In this document: positions 43,975-52,095 of the stretch, in pieces | Numbering within the stretch: the first letter of the stretch is position 1 | Layout: every line of letters begins with the position of its first letter | Translations under genes and position numbers: made by a program | The notes under the pieces: generated by a model | The model's input: the letters and a program-made list of their open reading frames with translations, nothing else | Databases searched by the model: none | Told to the model about the DNA's origin: nothing | Source of the DNA: a virus | DNA: 64,000 nt | Virus record (IMG/VR): IMGVR_UViG_3300045988_177924 | Strand: one strand, 5' to 3'

Positions 43975-44077
43975 GAGAAAAAATTTGGGGCTCTGTAAAA
44001 AAAATGGGGGGCGCGTCAAAAAAATATTGGGCCACCGAAAAAATATGGGCACCGGGGAAAAATATGGGCCGATGGTG
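43975..44077. repeat. five phased ~20-21-nt units: A-tract, (TAT)TGGG, GC-rich tail
   Basis: GAGAAAAAATTTGGGGCTCTGT / AAAAAAAATGGGGGGCGCGTC / AAAAAAATATTGGGCCACCG / AAAAAATATGGGCACCGGGG / AAAAATATGGGCCGATGGTG. Confidence 0.8.
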
Positions 44078-44121
44078 AGTACGATTTATTCAATGGTGAC
44101 TATCGTGAAAACCCAAAAAGG

Positions 44122-44205
44122 TTATTTTTTACATAACCAAATGCCCAATGGCAAGATGACAATCACGGTAATAATTACTTCAATCGCATGCTGTAACAGG
44201 TCCAT
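44122..44205 (-). CDS. hydrophobic micropeptide (27 aa)
   Basis: AAGGAGG lies 7 nt upstream of the ATG. Sequence MDLLQHAIEVIITVIVILPLGIWLCKK has one predicted TM helix with a basic end. Below the ORF-track cutoff. Confidence 0.45.
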   Translation of the reverse strand: MDLLQHAIEVIITVIVILPLGIWLCKK

Positions 44206-44217
44206 TTAATCACCTCC

Positions 44218-44304
44218 TTATGAATGAAGTCGTATCCAAATGGCTACGAGAACGAACAAGATTTGCCCAACTATCACAAGACCACCAATTGTTTCTGCAA
44301 TCAC
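44218..44304 (-). CDS. hydrophobic micropeptide (28 aa, GTG start; alternative ATG at 44310)
   Basis: AAAGGAGG lies 8 nt upstream of the GTG. Sequence (M)IAETIGGLVIVGQILFVLVAIWIRLHS. The SD overlaps the upstream stop codon. Confidence 0.4.
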   Translation of the reverse strand: MIAETIGGLVIVGQILFVLVAIWIRLHS

Positions 44305-44318
44305 CCGCATCACCTCCT

Positions 44319-44912
44319 TTATCTATAGTTCTTCAAAACAGCATCAGCCGTAATCGCCAACGCACGTTCGGTTGCTTTGTCCAGTTCATCTTTCTTCTGT
44401 TGAAGCTGTTTAATGAGCTTCGGTAAAGCTTTGGCTGTATCACCCCATAAACGAGAGATATCTTGTCCGATTTGGTTGATTTCTTTGACAATCTCTTGAC
44501 TCTGTCCATCGACAAAGTGCCATTTGGTTATTGACACCCCGTCGATATTTGTCTTCCAAGTAATCTCCCAATGGTGGTCCGCCATTGTAGAGCGCACAGC
44601 CGTCGGAGCCGATAATTCGACAGACGAGCTTGGAATATAGAGAGCATAGGATGACAAACCGTGTTGCTCTATATGAACAACAAAAGCTTGTTTTTCGTTG
44701 AAATCAATCTTTGTTTTCTTTTTGACATCGCCTGGAATTTCAAGTTTGTCAAAATTGTTGTTCGTTGAAATACCTGACGTAAACCAACCATGACCGGTGC
44801 GACAGATTTCTCCACTTTTGTCGAAAAAGACAATGTCACCAAGCTCATAACTGTTGTTGTTAACATCGATTGAGAAGGGGTTGTACCATTTTGCAGTTCT
44901 GTAAAGTTTCAT
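44319..44912 (-). CDS. hypothetical protein (197 aa)
   Basis: ATG 44912 follows AAAGGAG. The longer ORF-track start at 44975 overlaps the upstream gene. Confidence 0.65.
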   Translation of the reverse strand: MKLYRTAKWYNPFSIDVNNNSYELGDIVFFDKSGEICRTGHGWFTSGISTNNNFDKLEIPGDVKKKTKIDFNEKQAFVVHIEQHGLSSYALYIPSSSVELSAPTAVRSTMADHHWEITWKTNIDGVSITKWHFVDGQSQEIVKEINQIGQDISRLWGDTAKALPKLIKQLQQKKDELDKATERALAITADAVLKNYR

Positions 44913-44931
44913 TTTTATATCTCCTTTAAAA

Positions 44932-45228
44932 TTATCTTTTGATGGTGATGCGATATGCGTCGAGAACTTGTTCAATAATGTTTGCTAATTTGTCACTGCT
45001 ATAACCGTGTTCTTCAAGATACTCATCGTGCATATCCATTATAGCGTTGATTTCGTCGTCGCTCAATTTGTCAATGGTTGCGCCGTTAAAATACTCATCG
45101 AGGACAGTTTTTATATCCTCGAGCTTATAATAAAGCTCAACCATAGTGTGAGTCGAGAACTCTTCGGGTGTGGGGACATATTCTTGTGCGAATTGTTTTG
45201 CTGACATTTCTTTTCCATTGATAATCAT
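44932..45228 (-). CDS. hypothetical acidic protein
   Basis: AGGAG SD upstream. 98 aa. Confidence 0.6.
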   Translation of the reverse strand: MIINGKEMSAKQFAQEYVPTPEEFSTHTMVELYYKLEDIKTVLDEYFNGATIDKLSDDEINAIMDMHDEYLEEHGYSSDKLANIIEQVLDAYRITIKR

Positions 45229-45294
45229 ATTATTATCTCCTTTAATTTTTTATTATTCGTTGATAGTGAGAGAACATAGAGCGTCGGCGTGAAT

Positions 45295-45507
45295 TTATAC
45301 TGTTATCAACAACTGATTTTCAACAGCTCCTATGTGTATAACGTCTTTGTCTCCGTGCTTTTCTACGGCAAAGTCTATAGAACAACCATTTTCAATAACA
45401 GTATTTGTTTTGCTGTCATATACAATAGCAAACTGAACACTTCCTATACTTGAATATAAGACTGATTTTAAATCTTTGAGTTTCATAATCAATTGTTTGC
45501 TTTCCAT
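45295..45507 (-). CDS. hypothetical protein
   Basis: AGGAG SD upstream. 70 aa. Confidence 0.55.
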   Translation of the reverse strand: MESKQLIMKLKDLKSVLYSSIGSVQFAIVYDSKTNTVIENGCSIDFAVEKHGDKDVIHIGAVENQLLITV

Positions 45508-45551
45508 TTTTAACTCCTTTCCGGCGGGACCGCCGCCGGTCGGTTTTGTTC

Positions 45552-45809
45552 TTATTCGTTGATAGTGAAAACATAGAACGCCGGACGACGTCCAAGTTCG
45601 GCGGTGTTGCAGTTGTAGTAGGTGAATTCGTTGACCAAGGTGTCAAAGTTTTTATCGGCCGATTCTTTTGAAACCGTCGAGTTTGAGAACCAAGGGCTAT
45701 TTGGATTCGCTTTACACGGCAGCACCGTAATGGGTCTGCCGAGATTGTAAAGCTTACGAGCTTCGGATTTGTTGATACGAGTATAAGTGAGAGTTGTGTT
45801 GTTGAGCAT
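45552..45809 (-). CDS. hypothetical protein (85 aa)
   Basis: ATG 45809 follows AGGAGG. A remnant of its 3' end is repeated at 45251-45289. Confidence 0.6.
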   Translation of the reverse strand: MLNNTTLTYTRINKSEARKLYNLGRPITVLPCKANPNSPWFSNSTVSKESADKNFDTLVNEFTYYNCNTAELGRRPAFYVFTINE

Positions 45810-45825
45810 TTGTTTATTCCTCCTT

Positions 45826-46293
45826 TTAATCAAGTTTTTTGAATTGTAAGATATCACCGTCGATGTCGCCTTCTTCGTTTACGGGGACCTTCATAAGATA
45901 TACCGAATATACCTTGAAACGAATGAATTCTATTTTTCGTGCCCAATCTAAAGCTTCCTCTTCGGTGTTGAAGAGAATCGATTGTGCAAAGTAGGCATCT
46001 GACGAAAGTTCATCAGAGAATTCGATATAGTATTTGTAACTTTGTGGAGCGCGATAGACGGTGATGTCAAACCAATGAGGAGCGTCGATGTCGGCGATTT
46101 TATTTGAAAAGTCGTCGTAACAAGCTTCGTAGTTGTCACTCGAAAGCAGACGATAAGTGCCTGCTTTGAGTTCTTCCTCATAAGGAAGGAGAGCTTCGTA
46201 AAGCTCTCCAATGTAAGGATAGGCGGGACTGGTCTCGTCAAGATAGAGACCGAGCTCTTCGTTGATATAGTTGATAAATTCTTGTTTATCCAT
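45826..46293 (-). CDS. hypothetical acidic protein
   Basis: GGAGG SD upstream. 155 aa. Confidence 0.65.
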   Translation of the reverse strand: MDKQEFINYINEELGLYLDETSPAYPYIGELYEALLPYEEELKAGTYRLLSSDNYEACYDDFSNKIADIDAPHWFDITVYRAPQSYKYYIEFSDELSSDAYFAQSILFNTEEEALDWARKIEFIRFKVYSVYLMKVPVNEEGDIDGDILQFKKLD

Positions 46294-46304
46294 AAGGACC
46301 TCCT

Positions 46305-46718
46305 TTAAATAAGTTCTTCGAACTCTTCAAATTCTCGTGCAAAGTTACGCATTGTTTCTTCGAAGCCGAACCAAGCAAGTAGGTTTTGGTTACACCGATA
46401 GAGGGCAAGAGGGTCTTCTTTGTCCCATTTGTCGCCAAATAGTTCCGAGGGAACGTAAATGCCACACTCATCCATTGTGTCATAAAGGAGTTCATTAATT
46501 TCTTCTTTGTGCTCCTCATAATAGGCGGTTGTTTGGCTGTAATAAACAAGGTGACCCACAAAGCCCGATTGGCACCCGTTATTAAGAACATCTAGAATGA
46601 TGTTTTTCTTGTCGTCGTATTCGTCCCATTCGTTGAGAATGTAATCAATTACGTCTTCTGTCAATTCCGATGCCGTGTTGTCTCTGATTTGTTTAATGTT
46701 TTGTTTTGTGAATTTCAT
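46305..46718 (-). CDS. hypothetical protein
   Basis: AGGAG SD upstream. 137 aa. Confidence 0.65.
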   Translation of the reverse strand: MKFTKQNIKQIRDNTASELTEDVIDYILNEWDEYDDKKNIILDVLNNGCQSGFVGHLVYYSQTTAYYEEHKEEINELLYDTMDECGIYVPSELFGDKWDKEDPLALYRCNQNLLAWFGFEETMRNFAREFEEFEELI

Positions 46719-46735
46719 GATGTATTCTCCTTTTG

Positions 46736-46945
46736 TTATAATATTTCTTCGAGTTTCTCAATAAGAGCATCGTAAAATGCGATACTTTCTTTTGTTTGCT
46801 CGATAAGTTTATCGTACTGCTCGTCGTACTTGTGGATGCTGTCGTAGTCGATTTCGTATTGCAACAGTTTGGTTGATAACTCATGCCGAGCGTATTTCAC
46901 ACAAAGCAGAGCATGATACTTTTCATTTTCGGTAAGTTTTTTCAT
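46736..46945 (-). CDS. hypothetical protein
   Basis: GGAGG SD upstream. 69 aa. Confidence 0.55.
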   Translation of the reverse strand: MKKLTENEKYHALLCVKYARHELSTKLLQYEIDYDSIHKYDEQYDKLIEQTKESIAFYDALIEKLEEIL

Positions 46946-46962
46946 TGGTTAAGCCTCCTGTG

Positions 46963-47442
46963 TTAATTCGGTTTACGCCAAATAATTTCATTAGTGTCGA
47001 CATCGTTACACGGACTGTATACGACCTCTATACATTTATCGGGAAGCACTTGTGACATTGTTTTCGCCGTTGAGATGGCGTCTTGTTCTGTTGAAAACGT
47101 TTCTTTAGGAGTTAAATCATCCCAACTGTCACCCACGTTAATTACGTAATCGTTGGTGGGTTCGGTTTCCTCTTCGTTGTCGTCATCGTCGGCGTCTTCG
47201 TCGTCTTCATCTTCGTCTTCTTCATCCTCGATTCCCAACCATTCGTAAACGGTGTCGGCATCGAACCATAACAAGTCATTCAAGTCTGTTTCATCGATTC
47301 CGTCGGGATATAAGTCTTCCAAAATCGCTTCAAGTTGGTCAAAGCCTTCTGACCCTTGCTCTTCCCAAATGCGTTGAGCGGTGGTTTCTGCACCACTCCA
47401 AAATTTAAAATCTGCCAAACTTTGTTCTGTATAAATTTTCAT
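46963..47442 (-). CDS. hypothetical protein with a poly-acidic linker
   Basis: GGAGG SD upstream. Contains EDEEDEDEDDEDADDDDNEEETE. Confidence 0.65.
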   Translation of the reverse strand: MKIYTEQSLADFKFWSGAETTAQRIWEEQGSEGFDQLEAILEDLYPDGIDETDLNDLLWFDADTVYEWLGIEDEEDEDEDDEDADDDDNEEETEPTNDYVINVGDSWDDLTPKETFSTEQDAISTAKTMSQVLPDKCIEVVYSPCNDVDTNEIIWRKPN

Positions 47443-47462
47443 GATTTGTTCCTCCTTATTTT

Positions 47463-48173
47463 TTAGTCGATTTTCTCGATTTCTGCGATTTCGAAGTCAA
47501 AGTATGCGTCCGCGTCTTCAAACGTTAGGCTATAAAACCCACACATCGAATCGACTATTTCGCCTTCTTCGTCTATTTTGCGGCTCAATTCCTTGCCGTC
47601 CATCGATTGTCTGATTTCGATGATCGGTTCGTAAAGCGTCCACTGATAAACGTTTCCTTCGAGGAAATCGCTATAAGTTTTGACTTCGCCTTCGAGCGTT
47701 TCTTTCGCTTTTGCCTTCCAGTCCTTTTCGTCTTTCAAGCACATCTGCGCGAGGTAGAAGTCTTTTTCGACGAAGATAAGCCCGACGAAGCTCGAATCCC
47801 ACGAGCATTGTCTTCTTGTCGACATTGAGATACCGCTGTGGTCGTAAATCCATAACGGCAATCCGCAAACGTCGTCTTGATCGAGAATGAACTGGATTTC
47901 TTCAGAGAACGTCATTTCGTCGATTTCTTCGTCGCTCTTCCCGTATTTACGGCAGATTTCCGCGAGCTGCTCTTCGGTTTCCCTGTTGCTGTTACAATCG
48001 CCGAGTTGATAATCGCGATGGCAGCAAAGCATTGTTCCGAGGTTATCCCACGAACGCGGGTCTTCTGGGAACTGGTCTTGCTCGATTACGAGACGGAGTT
48101 TTCTTCCGTCGGTGCTGGTGATGGCGAATTTATCGCCTGCGTAAAGTTTACTGGTTTTGTTAATCGTAGCCAT
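47463..48173 (-). CDS. hypothetical protein (236 aa)
   Basis: ATG 48173 follows AGGAGG. Contains EDPRSWDNLGTMLCCHRDYQLGD and WIYDHSGISMS. I believe I have seen this motif pair in mobile-element proteins but cannot name a family. Confidence 0.65.
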   Translation of the reverse strand: MATINKTSKLYAGDKFAITSTDGRKLRLVIEQDQFPEDPRSWDNLGTMLCCHRDYQLGDCNSNRETEEQLAEICRKYGKSDEEIDEMTFSEEIQFILDQDDVCGLPLWIYDHSGISMSTRRQCSWDSSFVGLIFVEKDFYLAQMCLKDEKDWKAKAKETLEGEVKTYSDFLEGNVYQWTLYEPIIEIRQSMDGKELSRKIDEEGEIVDSMCGFYSLTFEDADAYFDFEIAEIEKID

Positions 48174-48232
48174 TTTTGGGCCTCCTAAAAAATATTTTTT
48201 GCCCGTATTGCCGATAGCACAGCAGTTTTTTA

Positions 48233-48619
48233 TTAATCTATTTGGGACTTTTCTTCTTCCTCGTCCCATTGGTCGAGGAGTGCTCGAATGTCACTGTCAC
48301 CAAAATCTTCGCCATAATTTATTGCGTGTTCGGCAAGAGTCTTTGTGTCAATCCAACCTGCGTACACGGGGTCGTCGGTTGATTCAAGGTTCGCATAAAC
48401 ATTCAACCTGAAATAACTGTCCACGGGGCAAAATTCTCCGTAATATGCTGCCCGTGCGATTTCCCAAGGTGTTCTTCCGTACAAAATCTCGTCAAAGTCG
48501 TCCATTGAGTAAATGGCGTCATCACCATCTAAATACGAACAACAACTGACGAGTTCGTCGAGATCGTAGTTATCAATAATGTCTTTAATTTGATCAATTT
48601 TGTCATTATATTCTGTCAT
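48233..48619 (-). CDS. hypothetical acidic protein
   Basis: GGAGG SD upstream. 128 aa. Confidence 0.65.
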   Translation of the reverse strand: MTEYNDKIDQIKDIIDNYDLDELVSCCSYLDGDDAIYSMDDFDEILYGRTPWEIARAAYYGEFCPVDSYFRLNVYANLESTDDPVYAGWIDTKTLAEHAINYGEDFGDSDIRALLDQWDEEEEKSQID

Positions 48620-48633
48620 TTTTTATGACCTCC

Positions 48634-48813
48634 TTATTGTTCCATTTGTTCTGCTGCCCACTCATTCATGGGGGTGATGCTTGTCCCACCTTCGTAGTCG
48701 AGACCTTCGGTGTTCTCAAAATATATTGCTTCTTCAAGAGTATCGAAATACTCTTTTTGAACCACTGTGCGACTGCCGTTAATAAAATCAAAACACATTA
48801 CTTCAAAGTTCAT
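48634..48813 (-). CDS. hypothetical protein (59 aa, below the ORF-track cutoff)
   Basis: ATGA overlap with the upstream stop. GAGGAGG SD upstream. Confidence 0.5.
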   Translation of the reverse strand: MNFEVMCFDFINGSRTVVQKEYFDTLEEAIYFENTEGLDYEGGTSITPMNEWAAEQMEQ

Positions 48814-49199
48814 TTTGTTACCTCCTCATTTTTCCAAACAAGGGTGTTATATGTACACCCTTCACTGTCGGTATATACCGAGTAGCCCACTCGTTCAATA
48901 TCATCAATCTGTCCTTGAATTAACTCGATTACTCGTTTTTCTCCAAGTGTGTCTACATACGATGCAAGATACGAATAATAACTGTTAAGTTCGTTGTGGA
49001 GAATGGCAGCCGCGTCTGAGCAGCCACCATATCCGTAACACAACAGAGAGTTAATCATATCGATGCATGCTAATTCTTCTTCACGCAGACGATATTTCTT
49101 GGGGGGATTACGGTATTTCCCGTCGATCCAACCGTAGCCAATGGCTGCGATTTCATTTTTAAGTTGCGACCTTGCGGCCTCTAATTGTTTGTCATTCAT
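48810..49199 (-). CDS. hypothetical protein
   Basis: GGAGG SD upstream. 129 aa. Confidence 0.65.
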   Translation of the reverse strand: MNDKQLEAARSQLKNEIAAIGYGWIDGKYRNPPKKYRLREEELACIDMINSLLCYGYGGCSDAAAILHNELNSYYSYLASYVDTLGEKRVIELIQGQIDDIERVGYSVYTDSEGCTYNTLVWKNEEVTK

Positions 49200-49213
49200 T
49201 GTGACACCTCCTA

Positions 49214-49444
49214 TTAATCACGATATAAGTCTGGAGCTCTGAAGCAATTGTGATTCCTTGTCCAGTTGCAAGTAACACACGAATCTTCGTCGCCTATACA
49301 TTCGTCACAAAGCATAATCAACTTACCACAATGTTGGCATCGAGCTACGTAGCCTTGCTTGTTGACATCCCAATTGGGATAAACATTTTCTTGTCCGCAG
49401 AAGGGACAAACCTCAACTGCTTCTGTTTGAATTGTTGTGTTCAT
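49214..49444 (-). CDS. zinc-ribbon protein
   Basis: GGAGG SD upstream. Contains CPFCG..CQHCG..CDEC..CVTC. Confidence 0.65.
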   Translation of the reverse strand: MNTTIQTEAVEVCPFCGQENVYPNWDVNKQGYVARCQHCGKLIMLCDECIGDEDSCVTCNWTRNHNCFRAPDLYRD

Positions 49445-49456
49445 ATATACCTCCTA

Positions 49457-49645
49457 TTAATCATGATAGCAATATTTGGGAGTGATGTGCCAGTCGTTGT
49501 AACGATCGTCGGCGTAAATTGAACAGTTCGCGGAATATGAGCTTTTTGCAAACTCTATAGCCTCGTCATAATTGTCTGCTACAACCCCAACCAACAGTAA
49601 GGGATTGTCATTGCATTTTACATAAAAACTATAATCTTTAAACAT
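49457..49645 (-). CDS. hypothetical protein (62 aa)
   Basis: ATG 49645 follows AGGAGG. Confidence 0.55.
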   Translation of the reverse strand: MFKDYSFYVKCNDNPLLLVGVVADNYDEAIEFAKSSYSANCSIYADDRYNDWHITPKYCYHD

Positions 49646-49658
49646 GTGTTGCCTCCTA

Positions 49659-49973
49659 TTATTTTCTAAATCTGTATATAGGTTCAATGACCACATCCCC
49701 TATATAAGTACCAGGTTTTAAATCGACACAATTCGTACATTTGTCAACGCAAATCCTACGATCTGTAGCTTCGTCGCAAATTTCCCAATACGCCGGCCGT
49801 ACCAAGTCGAATGCGAAATCGTGGTGATAATGGTCGCAATAGTGAATATCGCGTAAGCCATAGCTTCCGTCGCATTCAGACGCCCAACGCTCGATCATAT
49901 CGAGCGTCATATCTGCGTCGTAGCCAATTCGTTCCATTTCTTTTTTATACGTTTTGTAGTTTGTGAGTTCCAT
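49659..49973 (-). CDS. hypothetical Cys-rich protein
   Basis: GGAGG SD upstream. 104 aa. Confidence 0.6.
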   Translation of the reverse strand: MELTNYKTYKKEMERIGYDADMTLDMIERWASECDGSYGLRDIHYCDHYHHDFAFDLVRPAYWEICDEATDRRICVDKCTNCVDLKPGTYIGDVVIEPIYRFRK

Positions 49974-49984
49974 AAAACCACCTC

Positions 49985-50230
49985 CTAAACTTTCTTACAT
50001 TGCTCAGCAATTTTACGAGAATGTTCATTGACAGCCTCTCTCAACATATCCCAGTACATATCCCAGAACGTGTCGTTGCCGAGTATAAGGTCTTCCCATT
50101 CATCCACAATCTTTTCGACTTCCTTATCTGAATAAGGATTTTTCATGTCGTTATTCGTATAATTGTCGAAGAAAAAGTCATAATCATCTTTGTTGCAGAT
50201 GGCCAATCCATCAGTTGTTCTAAGTGCCAT
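49985..50230 (-). CDS. hypothetical protein
   Basis: GGAGG SD upstream. First gene after the internal promoter. Confidence 0.6.
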   Translation of the reverse strand: MALRTTDGLAICNKDDYDFFFDNYTNNDMKNPYSDKEVEKIVDEWEDLILGNDTFWDMYWDMLREAVNEHSRKIAEQCKKV

Positions 50231-50270
50231 AGTAATACCTCCTTTTGTGGCCTAAAATAAGTTGTACAAT

Positions 50271-50299
50271 ATTATATCACAGGCGCCTGAGGTTGTCAA
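50271..50299 (-). promoter_or_regulatory. sigma-A-type promoter inside the minus-strand array
   Basis: Read on the minus strand: TTGACA (50299-50294), N17, TATAAT (50276-50271). Confidence 0.7.
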
Positions 50300-50318
50300 G
50301 CGCCCGTGAGTAATGATG

Positions 50319-50729
50319 TTAAAGATTTTGGAATTTTCCATAAAGAGCAACGTTGTTAAGTTCCGCGAGATGCTCAAGCAATTCGGGCGACAACGTCAAC
50401 TCATCGTCGTGAGTGTTGATTTTGCTCAATTCAGTTTTCTCTGCGTCGGTTAGCTCTTTCCCGTATGAATCTCTGATGATATCGATGAGTTCACCGTAAA
50501 CATCAGCCGAGTGTGAATACCCATAACCGTGTGTCGCTTTGCCGTAATAAACGATGACATCGTTCATATTCGCGAGAACGTTCATTTCTTTGATACGACC
50601 ACGACGCGGGTGATCAATGTCAGTGACGATAAAGTAGGGTTGGATGAACGCGCGTTCACCTTTTTTGCTATCAATCGTGATGAAGAAGTAATCGGGTTTG
50701 CCGTTTTTGTAAATAGAATTAAATTCCAT
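50319..50729 (-). CDS. hypothetical protein
   Basis: AGGAG SD upstream. 136 aa. Confidence 0.65.
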   Translation of the reverse strand: MEFNSIYKNGKPDYFFITIDSKKGERAFIQPYFIVTDIDHPRRGRIKEMNVLANMNDVIVYYGKATHGYGYSHSADVYGELIDIIRDSYGKELTDAEKTELSKINTHDDELTLSPELLEHLAELNNVALYGKFQNL

Positions 50730-50746
50730 AGTTTGTTATCTCCTTT

Positions 50747-50971
50747 TTATTTATTATTTTTAATTGTATAATTGAATCCTTCTACGCAGAATCCGGTTAA
50801 ATCGGAAAGAGCGTCGGCGATTTCATCATCCAAATAATCGCCATCTACGTAATCCTCAATGTTGATATCACAACTGTGAGGTAAGGTTTTTGCTAATTTT
50901 TTGTCGCCGTCTGTGTCCCATACTATTTCGCTGCATCTGACACAAATGGTTCTTCCTAATCTTTTAATCAT
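50747..50971 (-). CDS. hypothetical protein
   Basis: GGAGG SD upstream. 74 aa. Confidence 0.55.
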   Translation of the reverse strand: MIKRLGRTICVRCSEIVWDTDGDKKLAKTLPHSCDINIEDYVDGDYLDDEIADALSDLTGFCVEGFNYTIKNNK

Positions 50972-50983
50972 TTAGACGCCTCC

Positions 50984-51256
50984 TTATAATTTTTTCAATT
51001 CGTCTATTTTTGCTCTATTTACTTCGAGCGAGCCGCCCATATCGTATTCATCGTCAGGATCTCCGTCGTCGGGATTGATGTCAATACCATATTTCGTCGC
51101 GAATTCTTCGATTTCGTCTCTTGAATATCCATAAGCGGTTATTGTGGATACGAAGATGTAGAAATCGTCGAAATCCTCATCCTCGAATTTGGCTTCTTCT
51201 TCGTAAGTATTAATGATGATGTTTTTAATGTTTCTTTCTGCTATTTTGCTTAACAT
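50984..51256 (-). CDS. hypothetical acidic protein
   Basis: GGAGG SD upstream. 90 aa. Confidence 0.6.
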   Translation of the reverse strand: MLSKIAERNIKNIIINTYEEEAKFEDEDFDDFYIFVSTITAYGYSRDEIEEFATKYGIDINPDDGDPDDEYDMGGSLEVNRAKIDELKKL

Positions 51257-51276
51257 ATCTTTGGCCTCCTTTTGAT

Positions 51277-51501
51277 TTATTGAACTTCGTAGAACTTGGG
51301 CATTCCGCCGAGTTCGTAGTTGTAGGTTATGTCATCTGTAATATTATCGAAATCGACGTCAACGTAATCGTTCGAATCAAGAACAATTTGCTCATCATGG
51401 TAAGCGTCGCTTACTTTTTGAATTGCGTCACATACGTCTGTAGCGTGGACTTCGACGGTTCTTTTCAAGGTCTCAGTGACCGAAATGTAAAAAGTTTTCA
51501 T
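51277..51501 (-). CDS. hypothetical protein
   Basis: Weak SD (GGGAAAGG). 74 aa. Confidence 0.5.
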   Translation of the reverse strand: MKTFYISVTETLKRTVEVHATDVCDAIQKVSDAYHDEQIVLDSNDYVDVDFDNITDDITYNYELGGMPKFYEVQ

Positions 51502-51572
51502 ATTTATGCCTTTCCCTTTCGGGACAGTCGGGTTTGGTTTTTAAGCCGACTTTGCGACCCCGACCGTTTTGT

Positions 51573-51761
51573 TTAGATATATAATTCGATATTATCTAGA
51601 TAATCTTTTGCGCCTTCATATGCGTCGTTTGGATTATTGAATTTTTGGCTGTATCCGTGTTTGGTTGTATACACATAACCGCCTTTGACGGATTTTATTT
51701 GGACTTTGATTTTGTCCCCGAATCGATTTCTTAATTGTTGATTCAAATTTTCCATATCCAT
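51573..51761 (-). CDS. hypothetical protein
   Basis: AGGAG SD upstream. 62 aa. Confidence 0.55.
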   Translation of the reverse strand: MDMENLNQQLRNRFGDKIKVQIKSVKGGYVYTTKHGYSQKFNNPNDAYEGAKDYLDNIELYI

Positions 51762-51770
51762 AATTGCTCC

Positions 51771-52040
51771 TTATCTGATGAATTCTGCAATTACTTCATC
51801 ATCGGTTACTTTAACTACGCGGTAAGTGTGTAACGGGTCCTCTTCGTCAACGAACCAAATTCTCAGTGCTTCCCCGACTTGGCAGAACGATTCGTAAACA
51901 AGCGACTTTTTAATTTTGATATTCCCGTCCGATGCGAGCACATAATCGTCTTCGTTACAACCGAGCGCAACGTCATATTCAACGTCATCTTCGTCTTCTG
52001 CATTAACGCAGGTTTCAACGAGAGTGTAATATTGTTCCAT
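51771..52040 (-). CDS. hypothetical acidic protein
   Basis: Weak SD. 89 aa. Confidence 0.5.
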   Translation of the reverse strand: MEQYYTLVETCVNAEDEDDVEYDVALGCNEDDYVLASDGNIKIKKSLVYESFCQVGEALRIWFVDEEDPLHTYRVVKVTDDEVIAEFIR

Positions 52041-52095
52041 AAAATTTCCTTTTTCGGCTTTCTATGCGGGAAAGTGTCCCAAGGCGGCTTGTTTG

